Below are positions 16,013 to 27,397 of a DNA stretch of 64,000 nt, piece by piece. This DNA is from Blastocystis sp. Blastoise (Eukaryota > Protista > Bigyra: Opalinata), in assembly GCA_039096225.1 (NCBI GenBank), contig JBBPEB010000009.1:868001-932000 (forward strand), read 5' to 3'. The translations under genes were made by a program, and so were the position numbers. Every line of letters starts with the position of its first letter. Position 1 is the stretch's first letter. Under the pieces are notes generated by a model, which saw only the letters and a list, made by a program, of their open reading frames with translations, made no database searches and was not told the origin of the DNA.

Positions 16013-16633
16013 TTAACAAGGCATAAGATTTCCATTAGAAAGTAAATAAAGTAAAGAATAATAAAAGCAACCATTTGCATTACTTGTAGTTTTTTGGTGT
16101 TGAATAGGATTATACTGAATATTATGATTTTGAATAAATGATTTTGAAAAAGTAGGTTCATTTCCTAATGACGAATAGTGTTCTATATTTTTATTACCAT
16201 TATAAATAACAGCTTCAAAATGACCATTATAAGGATCACTAGGACTTTCATGAAAGATCATATTAAATTTAGTTTGATCTTGATCTATATTTTGTTCAAA
16301 ATCATCATAACTATTATAATAATTATAAGATTGAGAATTCGTTTTATTTAATTGTTTCATAACATTTTCAGCACGATCACAAGCAACAGAAGAGGTAGGT
16401 TTATTTAAATAAGCATAATTATATAATTGAGATATTAAAGAATTGGGTATATTACAATATTGAGATAGAGTTTGTTTGAAATTATCAGGGGATCTAGGAG
16501 TAACATGACGAGTTTTATCAGATATAATAGGATTATCGCAATTCATTGAATTTTGAATTAATTTCTCATCTTTACTCTTTACCAGATCCCCTCCCCTGAG
16601 TTTTTTGATAACATATACTTCTTTTCTTTCCAA
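16013..16633 (-). CDS. Adenain-like cysteine (maturation) protease, probably expressed by -1 frameshift from the upstream ORF
   Basis: NGHFEAV (His), IEHYSSLG, IQYNPIQHQ (Gln), SNANGCFYY (Cys) resemble adenain/PLV protease motifs. The ORF-track start is TTG; first ATG is 16546. Confidence 0.65.
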   Translation of the reverse strand: MERKEVYVIKKLRGGDLVKSKDEKLIQNSMNCDNPIISDKTRHVTPRSPDNFKQTLSQYCNIPNSLISQLYNYAYLNKPTSSVACDRAENVMKQLNKTNSQSYNYYNSYDDFEQNIDQDQTKFNMIFHESPSDPYNGHFEAVIYNGNKNIEHYSSLGNEPTFSKSFIQNHNIQYNPIQHQKTTSNANGCFYYSLLYLLSNGNLMPC

Positions 16634-18306
16634 AACATTTGTTCACCTCTATCTAATATTTCATTATTATCCATCTTCTGTTTTATAATTTGTAATTGTT
16701 TTAAATCATTTTTAGCTACTTTACGTTTCCTTTGAGCTACTTGTGCAGGTATTACAAAATCTGTATAAGCTGATACTATTGGAGGTAAATCACCACCTCT
16801 TTTCTTTTTAGCTTCTTTTCCTCTTCTCATTCGTTCTAAGAATTCTTCTTTACTTAATTTAACACGACCACCATATCCTCTACGTTTAGCTCTTCTTGCA
16901 GCTATTCGTTTATCCCTTTCATCTTCTTTCCATTTTCTATCGACTTTTTCTTTATCATTTTGAGGAAAACCATAAATCTTATAAGGATAACTTTGTTCAT
17001 CACGAGACATGGGTTTATAAGGTTGAGGAGGTTGTTGAGTTTGTGGATGTCTTGGTGTATCATTTTGAGGTATATCAAATGTATCAACATTCAATTCAGG
17101 TTCAATTTCTGGTTGTGGTTGAATGGGTGCTGCTGGAGGAGGTGGTTGACGAACAGGAAGATTCTTTCTAAGTTGTTGTTTCATACTGTGCAAATCTCTT
17201 AATGGTTGTACTTCTTGATCTAATAATTCTGATTGTCGTTCAACTGTATCGTAACCATCATTAATTGTTCCCATTACTATACCATTACCTATTTGCTTTT
17301 TCATTTCATTTAATGCTTGTTGACGTTTTAATTTTTCCATTTCAAATTCCATATCATTTAATTCACTTGATTGTTGTGCCAAATGTGTATCATAATAAGC
17401 TTTTCTACCTTTAGCAAAAGAATCCATACCTTTATCAACTACACCTAGAAGAGATGGTGCTATAGTTGTAAATGAGTCCCAGAACCCACCACCTCTTTTT
17501 ACTCTTAATATACCATCACCACTTTGAGCTGAATCTAAATCTATATATTTTGGTATAATAGAGGGTCTTAACATTCTTCTTAATTTTGGATTAATAATCA
17601 TTTTCTTATTTTTAATTGCATTCATAATTGCTGAAGCAACAGATATAGGAATTTTTCCACCACGTTTAATTTTATGTTCATAGAATCTTTTGAATTCATC
17701 ATCAAGATCATGATGACCGTCACCAACATATTGAGCTAAAATAGCTAATGCATCACGAGCTTTTCTATTAGCTTTTTTATCTACAATAGCATCTCTTATA
17801 TCTAATACATTTCGTTGATACATATCTTTTACTTTATTTTTAATTGCATCACCAATACCAGAACCTTGATTATTCTCAAATTTATTGATTTCTGATTTAT
17901 TTGGAATAATTCCTCTACCAGATTTACGTCTTGGTTTACATGGATTTAATACTTTATATTGACGATCTTCACCATCTATTTTATCTTCTTCTGGACCAGC
18001 TGCTTTCATTACACCTTTACCTGCTGCTCTAGCACGAATTAATGCACCATTTCCTTGTGGAACAGCATCTTTACCAAATGTTTTAGAACGATCTACATAA
18101 TCATCTTCTTTACCATCATGTATTTCTTTACTTTCTAAAGTAGACACAGGCATAGATGAATTTGGACCTATTTCATGAAATATTGGATTATATTGATCCA
18201 TTTTATGTAATGGTTGTGTATTATATCGCCTATATTCTTTTCCAGTTGAAATTAAATTCATACCAAAAGTACCAGGACTTGGCATTCCTAATATACAACT
18301 TTGCAT
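16579..18306 (-). CDS. Basic, low-complexity putative core/DNA-condensing polyprotein (575 aa)
   Basis: K/R-rich, with about a dozen GxG/GG motifs (GNGA, GRGI, GSGI, RGGK, GDGI, RGGG, GNGI, RGGD, GEGI); adjacent to the protease. Confidence 0.6.
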   Translation of the reverse strand: MQSCILGMPSPGTFGMNLISTGKEYRRYNTQPLHKMDQYNPIFHEIGPNSSMPVSTLESKEIHDGKEDDYVDRSKTFGKDAVPQGNGALIRARAAGKGVMKAAGPEEDKIDGEDRQYKVLNPCKPRRKSGRGIIPNKSEINKFENNQGSGIGDAIKNKVKDMYQRNVLDIRDAIVDKKANRKARDALAILAQYVGDGHHDLDDEFKRFYEHKIKRGGKIPISVASAIMNAIKNKKMIINPKLRRMLRPSIIPKYIDLDSAQSGDGILRVKRGGGFWDSFTTIAPSLLGVVDKGMDSFAKGRKAYYDTHLAQQSSELNDMEFEMEKLKRQQALNEMKKQIGNGIVMGTINDGYDTVERQSELLDQEVQPLRDLHSMKQQLRKNLPVRQPPPPAAPIQPQPEIEPELNVDTFDIPQNDTPRHPQTQQPPQPYKPMSRDEQSYPYKIYGFPQNDKEKVDRKWKEDERDKRIAARRAKRRGYGGRVKLSKEEFLERMRRGKEAKKKRGGDLPPIVSAYTDFVIPAQVAQRKRKVAKNDLKQLQIIKQKMDNNEILDRGEQMFWKEKKYMLSKNSGEGIW

Positions 18307-18799
18307 TTTTTTATTTCAATTATAAAATTATTTATAAACAAAACAAATATATTAATAAAAAATAAATTTAACATTAAAAATTTATAAATTAGTTAAATCA
18401 ATAATAGTATCATTACTATTAGTATTCTTCGTAGATTTATCGATGACTTTAATAGAACGAGCATATAAACCAATATAATACTTGTTATTATAACGATGAA
18501 TACCATGTATTGTAAATAATACTTTACATAACGTATTTGGTGGAATATACTTTTCACGTATTTCTTCGTAAGTTAACTTAGGATCTTTACCGATATTAAT
18601 CTTCTTATCTCTTTTATCAGTAACTAGGGTCACGCCGCAGGTCCGGGGCCTAACGGCACCGGACCGCGGCTGCATAAAATAATAACAGTTTGGCTTTTAT
18701 TTTCTTTTTTTCATTATTATATATTATCTATTATATATTAGTATTTATTATTTATTATTTATTATCTATTATATATTATATATTATATATTATTATCTA

Positions 18800-19290
18800 T
18801 TATATATTATATATTATATATTATATATTATATATTATATATTATATATTATATATTATATATTATATATTATATATTATATATTATATATTATATATTA
18901 TATATTATATATTATATATTATATATTATATATTATATATTATATATTATATATTATATATTATATATTATATATTATATATTATATATTATATATTATA
19001 TATTATATATTATATATTATATATTATATATTATATATTATATATTATATATTATATATTATATATTATATATTATATATTATATATTATATATTATATA
19101 TTATATATTATATATTATATATTATATATTATATATTATATATTATATATTATATATTATATATTATATATTATATATTATATATTATATATTATATATT
19201 ATATATTATATATTATATATTATATATTATATATTATATATTATATATTATATATTATATATTATATATTATATATTATATATTATATAT
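18800..19290. repeat. (ATTATAT)n 7-mer microsatellite within Helitron A
   Basis: ~490 bp of near-perfect 7-mer; the equivalent region at ~53310-53410 is short. Confidence 0.9.
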
Positions 19291-19305
19291 TACTTTAATA
19301 ACACT

Positions 19306-19372
19306 TCTTATACTCTATATGGGAGTTACAATCATTTATTGATTGTAATCAGGTTCAATTCCTGATATAAGT
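19306..19372 (+). ncRNA. tRNA-like (mascRNA-like) cloverleaf, subtype 1
   Basis: CTTATA / CTCT-ATATGG-GAG / TTACAATCA-TTTAT-TGATTGTAA / TCAGG-TTCAATT-CCTGA / TATAAG. Confidence 0.6.
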
Positions 19373-22228
19373 ATCTTTTAGATTTTTTTTTATAATATGT
19401 AAAAAACTAAAAGAATTTCTTAGATACTAAAAACGAAATTTGTATTATTATATATTATTTATTATTTTTAAAATATATTTTGTATTTATTAATAATGAAA
19501 CAACTGTTTTAAGCTTTTTTTGAGTTTTTAAAGTCAACAACTTTAGAAATGAGTCACAATGTGAAGTACTCTTGAGTATTTTTAAGTCATAAAATTCATT
19601 TAAATAAGCATAATATAATAATTTTAACTCATTTCAATACTTTTTAAAAGAATTTTGAAGTTTTATGTATAACAAAGTCAACATTCATTCTAACTTTGAC
19701 AACTAAAACATTTCTTAAAAAGTTAATATTTCTACAGTCGTCTCAAATAATGATCTTAAACACAAATTACTTGAAAACGTAACTTTTAAATAGACTTTAC
19801 CCATTCAAGATCCACTGTATCAAAATAATTTCCTTTAGTCTTTTGATATAATATAGAGTTTATCACACTATTTATTTAAAAAAAGTAAATGTTTTGAATC
19901 TCTTTCTTAAAGACCATTTTTGACACATTATGAAAAGTTAAGACACCTTAACTCATTTTTATAAGCTAATATTTACACACTATACTCAGTATAACGTTGG
20001 CTACACATTGGTCATCACTTTAAGACATTTTATAAACCTTTTGCATTTGCTCATTTACTTCGACCAAAATATTTTCGTCCCTCCTTTTGACATAATATAG
20101 AGTGTGTGGTCTAGTTATATGAAAGTGAGGGGGAATTTTGAATCTCGTCCTCTAAGTCAATCATTTTTACATTTTTCAAAATTTATACCCCTAAACTTGA
20201 TATTTTGACTCAACTTTTCTACAGTGTTCCAAAAACACGATTTTGCTCAAACTGAGTGAAAAATATTTTTTCAATAACTCTCACAACCCTTTACACATCC
20301 ACTCTCTAAAAATAGATTTTGCTATATTTTTGATATGTTGTAGAGTGTCTCTTAGTGTATACTGAACAATATCTCGTTTCTTAAAACTCTCATTTTATGA
20401 CTCACTTTGAACATATTATTACTAATTGAAAGGCTTAAACATATTTTTAAAAGCTAATATTTACATAGTAGACTATATATGACTCTATAAGCACATTAGT
20501 CAACACTTTAGACTTTTTAAAGACACTTTACCATTTGGTCATACACTTTGATCAAAATATTTTCGTCCCTTCTTTTAACATAATATAGGTCATACACTCT
20601 AGTTTAATGAATAAACACTCAAATATTGAATCTCGTCCTCTAAGTCACTCGTTTTTACATTTTTTTAAATTTAAGACCCTTAGAGTTAATTTTTTGGCTC
20701 AATTTTTTTATAGTGCACGAAATTCACGATTTAACATAAACTGAAGTAAAAATAAATTTTAAATAATAGTCACAACCCTTCACACATCCACTCTCTAAAA
20801 ATTATTTTAACTGTACTTTTGATATGTTGTAGAGCTACTACAGCTGTACACTAATTAATATCTCTAAATTTTTTATTCATAGTCTAAGACTATGTTTTAC
20901 ACATTCTTTTGAATTTGACAACCTTAAACTATTTATTTAAAGCTATTATTCATAAAATAAACTTAATATATGATTCTAAACACATATAGAAACCCTTTTA
21001 CTTTTTAAGACACATTTTGTCATTTGGTCATACACTTTGACCTTCATAATTTTGACTCTCCTTTTAATATAGTATAGAGTTATAAGTCTAGTTTACTAAA
21101 CGAAAGTCATTATATTGAATCTCTCACTCTAAGACCACTTAATTCACATTTTTCAAAATGGTCACTTTTAAACTTGTTATTTTAAAACTTTGTTTTAACT
21201 ATAGTAGTTTGATGACCTATTGATTACAATACTACAATATTAGTCCATTATAAGAAGATCGAAGAAAATATCGATCACTCAAAAATCGTCCTCAGGAGCT
21301 CAAAATTGGTACACCTAGGTTTTTGAACCTCCTGAATCAGAATATGATGTCAAATTGAGAATCTAAATTTGACTGTTAAGGCCTCACGTGTTCAATATGA
21401 AAAAGTCTTTAAAAATAGATAAATATAAAGAATAAACACGGATAACGTATATTGTGGGATTGATAAAAAATCAAGTTTACCCCATGTTTATTTTTCAATT
21501 GTCTGGTCAACAATTTTTATCGGGGTCATCCCAAAGAGCCAATCAAAAACGACTCAAAAATCATGTTTTCTGTTCTTTTATTAATAACTTTTTAATTATA
21601 AACAATATCGCTTAACCAAATATACGGTGCACAACTACATGTTATATCCTATTGAACTGTGTTTCAACCAAAAGTTAACTCCCCGTAAGTTTAGAGGAGT
21701 TGCGGCGACAAACTATAGTATATAGTAGCCAATCAAATGCATTTTCCAAAAACTGACCAATGGGAATTTTTTTGCCTATTCTCATATATATAGTAATGAT
21801 ATCAATAGTAACATTCTTCGATGCATTAATAGGTACTTTAATTGTAATCTTATACTTACCATTATCCATACGTACAAAATTAACAATATCACCATCAGGA
21901 CATAATTCACATAATTTACGATAAAGTTCTTTATAAGCAGTTAAGAATACTTGATTATCATCTTCAATTGTTAATAAAGTCCATTTATCACGTGTAACAA
22001 TATAACCAAATAAACATGGTGTAGCATCAGTAGAAATACATACACGATGATTATTATTTAAAAGAACAGCATTTTCTTTGGTGTCATCCCATTGTAAATT
22101 AAAGTTAGAAGTATCAAGAATAGTAGGTTTTTTAAATTCAGTTGTAGACATTTTTAGTTAAGTATTTAGTAAAAATATAAGTATTTTAATACTAATATTT
22201 TACGATATTCTTTTCAAATGAATCAATT

Positions 22229-22276
22229 TTCGAGAAGGTTCTAGAAGGTTCTAGAAGGTTCTAGAAGGTTCTAGAA
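22229..22276. promoter_or_regulatory. HSE-like array (10 units) upstream of the SSB gene
   Basis: TTCGAGAAGG(TTCTAGAAGG)3TTCTAGAA, ~80 bp upstream of ATG 22151(-). Confidence 0.7.
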
Positions 22277-22475
22277 AAAAAAGAACACTTGAATAATCTA
22301 ATGGAAACATTTTAACGGAATCGAACCATGATACTGTGGTTACATATTTCTTTAATAGATCCATTAGACCATTCAAGAATTCTATTTGAAACTATTCTAT
22401 TCTCCATTTAAACTTTGTGTAATTAATTTAAAAAAAAAAATAAACAAAACAAAATAATTAATTAAATAAAAATAA

Positions 22476-23003
22476 TTAATGATCAAATATTTCAGACATA
22501 GAAGGAATAGAATATTCGGATAATAATGAAACAATTTCTTTAGAATCATCATGAATCTGTTTCAAATCTTGTTTCTGACTTTCAATCTTTGTTTTTAAAT
22601 GATCAACAGTACAATAAATACCATTTAATATATTATCAGCTGTTTCAATAGTTTGAAATAAAGATTCGAATTGACTGGATATATTTGTTAACTCCTCATT
22701 TGTAAATAATAATGCTTGCTTATTAGGATTTGTATTTACTTGATCTTGAAATTGTATTGGTTGATTGTTAACGGAATGATATCTATCTGGATTTTTAGAT
22801 ACGTAAACATCATTGATTGGATGAATTTCTTGAGGTGGATCTTCAAACATGATTTCGTCACGCGAATTAAAACAGAAATCATTATCATTGGGTAAAGCCA
22901 TAGGATTTGCAGAAACACTATTTTCAAATGGATTCAACAAGGGGGATATCATGGCTTGACCGAAAGGGGATAAACTGGCGGAAAGATTATCAGGAATTTC
23001 CAT
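22476..23003 (-). CDS. Hypothetical viral protein with C-terminal coiled coil
   Basis: 175-aa ATG ORF; TGTTTTGTT downstream at 22443-22451(-). Confidence 0.6.
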   Translation of the reverse strand: MEIPDNLSASLSPFGQAMISPLLNPFENSVSANPMALPNDNDFCFNSRDEIMFEDPPQEIHPINDVYVSKNPDRYHSVNNQPIQFQDQVNTNPNKQALLFTNEELTNISSQFESLFQTIETADNILNGIYCTVDHLKTKIESQKQDLKQIHDDSKEIVSLLSEYSIPSMSEIFDH

Positions 23004-23272
23004 GATTATTTAAACCTTCAAAAGTATTTTTATACAATATATTAAATATACTATTTTTAGTGTACAGTTCTTCATTTCAGTTGCTAACAAAAGCCTATTG
23101 CTTCCAGCTGGAAAATAAGCCAATAAAATAACTTATTTCGTATGACACATCGTCGTCATCGTCTAATTGTGTTTTACTAATTTTTTTATCCAATCAGATT
23201 ACAGATGCCAACTATACTCGTCATTGAAACACAAATAAAAAATGCTAAGTCGACAAAATTAGCCAATCAAAT

Positions 23273-23290
23273 GAACCTTCTAGAACATTC
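23273..23290. promoter_or_regulatory. HSE-like element (4 units) beside CCAAT boxes in a divergent promoter
   Basis: GAACCTTCTAGAACATTC, with CCAATCA at ~23190 and ~23263. Confidence 0.55.
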
Positions 23291-23401
23291 CATAGAGATT
23301 CTACACTGTCTCCTAGAATATTTAATATTCCATTTAAATGTATTATTTATTTCATTTTGATAAATACAAATTTTCTCTCTGTAACGATATTCGCGATTAT
23401 A

Positions 23402-24025
23402 ATGCAATTTAATCTTTCTGCTGATTCCCGTAAATGTCTTCAAACTGTTCGTATGGAACTTCTAAAGAATTCTAAGAAGGCTGTTGAAGTTCATAAGAAT
23501 GTTCTTCGTGATATTGATTTACATCAGTCTCAATTGAATAGAGAAAAGAATCTATTGGGTATTGCAAAATCTAAAGAACGTCTTGCTTCTTTCGAAGTCG
23601 AAAATTATAGATCAGCTTTAAAACGTATAAACGCGGTTATTAAAGGTCTTGAAGATTATGAAGAATTCGCTGCTGATATTTATACTCAACAACTTAATGA
23701 AGAACAAGATATTCAAGATATTATCAATACTGAAGATCTTTTAGAAAGTGATAGAACTACTATTTTATGTTCTGAAGATTCTAAAGAACATTCGAATTCT
23801 AAAGATGATGATTTTGATATTATGAAATTCCATATGGAAGATGGATTTCTTTATGATGAAAAAGGTAAAGTTTATTCTTATGAAGTTGTTCATGCTAAGA
23901 GTATTAACAAGATTAAAAGAGATCCTTCAAAACAAATGTATTTCTGGGATGGTATTTTATATGATAAAAATGGATGGCCTCATTCATGTACATATATTAA
24001 TAGTCAAGAACCAATTGAAATTTAA
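23402..24025 (+). CDS. Hypothetical viral protein (N-terminal coiled coil; two DGxLYDxxG repeats)
   Basis: ATG 23402; DGFLYDEKG and DGILYDKNG. Confidence 0.65.
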   Translation: MQFNLSADSRKCLQTVRMELLKNSKKAVEVHKNVLRDIDLHQSQLNREKNLLGIAKSKERLASFEVENYRSALKRINAVIKGLEDYEEFAADIYTQQLNEEQDIQDIINTEDLLESDRTTILCSEDSKEHSNSKDDDFDIMKFHMEDGFLYDEKGKVYSYEVVHAKSINKIKRDPSKQMYFWDGILYDKNGWPHSCTYINSQEPIEI

Positions 24026-24135
24026 TTATTTTTCTTGTTTATTTTTCTATTTTTACTTATAAACTTGTAAAAAATCATTGAAAATTGTTTTGTTTATTGT
24101 ATATACATTTAAAACACTAAAGTATAAAAAGGATG

Positions 24136-24265
24136 TTCTAGAAGGTTCTAGAAGGTTCTAGAATGTTCTCGAAGGTTCTAGAACATTTAAAAATATAAAG
24201 TAATATTTACTATTATAGAATGTTCTAGAAGGTTCTAGAAGGTTCTAGAAGGTTCTAGAAGCTTC
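24136..24265. promoter_or_regulatory. Two HSE-like arrays (10 + 10 units) upstream of the primase-helicase
   Basis: 24136-24183 and 24218-24265: alternating TTC/GAA with variable 2-nt spacers. Confidence 0.7.
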
Positions 24266-24351
24266 CAAAACTGACTTCTAGAATCTTTAATATATTATTT
24301 GTTTTGAATTTTATACCATATTTATTTTCATTATTTATAAGTCAAATAATC

Positions 24352-27189
24352 ATGGAAAATTCACAAATTCATTTTGTTTATACTTTTGGTTCCTTTAATC
24401 ATGATAACTCAAAAGATAATCATAGTGAAATTATTATACCAAATCCATTACCATTTTATAAAAGTCTATTTACTAATTATCAAAATCAAAAAGAATTATT
24501 ACATTATATTGATTGTACTCCTTGTAATACATCAACTAATTATAGAAGATTATGGTTTGATTTAGATTATCACCAAATATCTGATGATTTTTCTTTTCTA
24601 ACAGATTCTTTTATTCATGAATTTATTGAAGAAATATGTAATCATTGTATTCATTATTATAATCAAGAATTTATTTCGCTTGTGTATACAAAGAAAGAAG
24701 TGAATAAGAAGACAGTTCATAATGAAATACATTATTCATGGGGAATTCATATATATACGAATTGGTTTGTAAATGGTGATTATTTATTTTTCTTATATAA
24801 TAGTATGATTTTGAATACCAAATTGGTTGATTTATGTAAAACATATAATTTAGATATAAAAGAATTCATTGATTATAATGTTATTGGTAAACCCAGAAAG
24901 AATAATGGTTGTATGTTTCTTGGTTGTAGCAAAGATAATTCTCCATCTACTTATAAATTATATGAAGAATATACCAATAAAACATGGAAGAAAATAGATG
25001 ATGAAATCGATGAACATTATTATTTCAAAACATTATTGAATTATAAGAATGAAGATGATATTATAAGTGATATTATTAATCCTATTATCTTTTCTAAATT
25101 AAAACAATATTCACGTTATAAACGTTATTATGCAAGATTAAATAATTGTTCACGTACTATATTATGTTCTATACAAGATATTAAAGATATTCCTATGTTG
25201 ATTTCTACAGATACTATATTGGATACTACAGCATCTAAAGAAGCTTTATTAGAACGATATTTATTATTGATTGGTTCTATTGAAGATATGAATTATTTTG
25301 AATCCCATAATACTTGGTATAAATTATGTTGTGCAGCAAAACAGATTTGTAATACAACAAGAGGATTAGAATTATTTAAAAATTATTCATTACGTTATGG
25401 CCATGATCGAAGTGATGATGTAATTGAATCTACATGGAATCATATACAAGTTGATCCTACTCATTTATCGAATAATTATATTTTGAAGATATTAATGGAT
25501 AATAAATTATTTAATAAAGATGATGATAATGATTTCATATTTATGTCTATTTTAGAATGTATTCAATCCTTTAATCTTGTAGATTCACAAACATTAGTTA
25601 TGTTATTTCAATTATTAGAATTTAATGAAATTGTATCTATTATATTAGATAAAGATAATTTTATCTTATATACATTTGATGAATATAATATCTTAAGACG
25701 TTGTAAGAATAATTATGATATTAATTTCTTTGAAACCAAAATAACTACATTTATGAAATCGATTGTAGAGAAATTCAAACTATCAAGATTATATTCCAAA
25801 GAGAATGAACAACATCAAAAAATAGTTGATAAAATAATGTCTGCTTCTGTTACTAATGAATATCATTATAAAGAATGGTTGAATCGTTATTTGAAGACTT
25901 ATGGTAAATCTTATAAAGAATATTTAGATACGTATATGGTTCATAAAGAACGTGTTATCTATACACAACTTGGTTATTTATATCCAAAAGAATCTACAGA
26001 AGAAGATCCTAGACAATATTATATCCAACCATATCATAAAGAAGATATGGTGTTTGAAGATTTATTAATTGATACTGAATTTAATGTAAGTTGGAATATT
26101 AATAATGAACAGAAAGATATTATCCAATTATTTGAACAACATATTGCAAGATATTGTGAATTCGATAAGAAATATGAAAGTATTATGTTACGTATCTTAA
26201 CCACTGCTTTCTATGTCAATACTCAGAAAACTGTTTCTTATATATTATATGGTAGTACAGGTAGTAATGGTAAAACAATAACAACTGATTTAATATCTCG
26301 TATTGTAGGTAGTAATCAATGTATTATAGTAAATCCAGATAATTTAGAAGAAACATCTATAGCTCCTAAGATTGTAGATATGTCTAATAAAACAATGTAT
26401 TATATGAATGAATTAATAGAAGAAGATGTTACTGGTAGAAAGAAAACATTTAATCCATTCTCTTCTAAAGTCTTTAAAGAAATAGCAGAAAAGAAAGAAG
26501 GTGCTAGTGCTCGTAAATTATTCAGTAATATATTTACAAAAGTTCATTTCACGGGTACTTTATTTATGACAAGTAATATCCAACCTACTGCTGTGAATGC
26601 TGGTCCTATTGAAAGAAGAGTCTGTTTCTTACCATCATGTTGTCGTTATTTCCCTCCTGGTAATGCTAATTTATATGAAGATTATGTAGATCATAATTTA
26701 CCTAAACGTAAACAGACAGTAGAAAAGAGATTGAAACCAAATCATTATGAAATGGATTATACTCTATCCGATAAATTCTATCAGAATCGTTCAATTATCT
26801 TTAGTTATCTAGTAAGTAATTATTTCTATTCTAGTATGCAATTAGATATGCATGAATTAGATAATGAATATCATATAAGTGAATGTAAGAAACGATTCTT
26901 TGATCGTAGTACAGAAGGATATGATTTGAAATCTTTTGTTGATAACCATATTACTATAGATCCTTATTATTTGAATGTAGTTACTATTGAAGATATTTTT
27001 AATAGTTATAAGAAAGTGAATAATAATAATCAATTTACGATTAAGAAAGATTTAGATAAATTTACAAATGCTTTATTTGGTTGTTTAAGTAGTAAAGATA
27101 CATTTAATTCTATAGATATTGTGAATATTCATAGAAAACATACTTCAAATTTCTATAAGGGGGGAATGCTATTGGTATTTGTGGTTTAA
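24352..27189 (+). CDS. AEP primase(-polymerase) - PriCT-2 - D5-like SF3 helicase fusion
   Basis: LWFDLD and GIHIY (AEP motifs); HNTWYKLCCA..GLELFKNYS..TW (PriCT-2-like); LYGSTGSNGKT (Walker A), YYMNE (Walker B), LFMTSN, IERRV. The true C-terminus may extend to 27353. Confidence 0.85.
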   Translation: MENSQIHFVYTFGSFNHDNSKDNHSEIIIPNPLPFYKSLFTNYQNQKELLHYIDCTPCNTSTNYRRLWFDLDYHQISDDFSFLTDSFIHEFIEEICNHCIHYYNQEFISLVYTKKEVNKKTVHNEIHYSWGIHIYTNWFVNGDYLFFLYNSMILNTKLVDLCKTYNLDIKEFIDYNVIGKPRKNNGCMFLGCSKDNSPSTYKLYEEYTNKTWKKIDDEIDEHYYFKTLLNYKNEDDIISDIINPIIFSKLKQYSRYKRYYARLNNCSRTILCSIQDIKDIPMLISTDTILDTTASKEALLERYLLLIGSIEDMNYFESHNTWYKLCCAAKQICNTTRGLELFKNYSLRYGHDRSDDVIESTWNHIQVDPTHLSNNYILKILMDNKLFNKDDDNDFIFMSILECIQSFNLVDSQTLVMLFQLLEFNEIVSIILDKDNFILYTFDEYNILRRCKNNYDINFFETKITTFMKSIVEKFKLSRLYSKENEQHQKIVDKIMSASVTNEYHYKEWLNRYLKTYGKSYKEYLDTYMVHKERVIYTQLGYLYPKESTEEDPRQYYIQPYHKEDMVFEDLLIDTEFNVSWNINNEQKDIIQLFEQHIARYCEFDKKYESIMLRILTTAFYVNTQKTVSYILYGSTGSNGKTITTDLISRIVGSNQCIIVNPDNLEETSIAPKIVDMSNKTMYYMNELIEEDVTGRKKTFNPFSSKVFKEIAEKKEGASARKLFSNIFTKVHFTGTLFMTSNIQPTAVNAGPIERRVCFLPSCCRYFPPGNANLYEDYVDHNLPKRKQTVEKRLKPNHYEMDYTLSDKFYQNRSIIFSYLVSNYFYSSMQLDMHELDNEYHISECKKRFFDRSTEGYDLKSFVDNHITIDPYYLNVVTIEDIFNSYKKVNNNNQFTIKKDLDKFTNALFGCLSSKDTFNSIDIVNIHRKHTSNFYKGGMLLVFVV

Positions 27190-27397
27190 TGATTGATAAT
27201 ACTTATAATGAATGTGTGGATACAGATTTATTCTGTTTATCCAATTGTTTATCTAAGAAAGAAGAAATTGTTTATAGTGAAGATCAATATCATAATACGT
27301 CATCAACAAAACGAATTTTAATAGATAATACTTTATATGCTATACCAAATTAAATATATATTTATTTTTTATTATAAAAAGTTGTTTTGTTTTAAAA

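Larger units (their letters stand above)
18624..21799 (-). mobile_element. Non-autonomous Helitron family A (3,176 bp) inserted in the viral SSB gene
   Basis: 5'-TCATTACTATATATATG..., 3' GC hairpin (18634-18670) then CTAG, inserted between A and T with no TSD; homologous to the 44253, 47150 and 54187 copies. Confidence 0.9.
18382..22151 (-). pseudogene. Putative OB-fold ssDNA-binding protein gene split by a Helitron (22151-21800 + 18623-18382; 197 aa if rejoined)
   Basis: Removing 18624-21799 restores the frame: ...NVTID-I-TDKRDKK..., 594 nt. CKVLFTIHGIHRYNNKYYIGLYARSIKV resembles the C-terminal strands of gp2.5-like/NCLDV SSBs; the functional call is inference. Confidence 0.7.

Noticed and set aside
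18690-19298. 202-aa I/Y/L ORF
   Set aside because: Translation of the (ATTATAT)n microsatellite.
24136-24265. TTCTAGAAGG repeats as a CRISPR array or plain minisatellite
   Set aside because: 10-bp period with no spacers and no cas genes in a eukaryotic context; position and spacer variation fit HSEs better.
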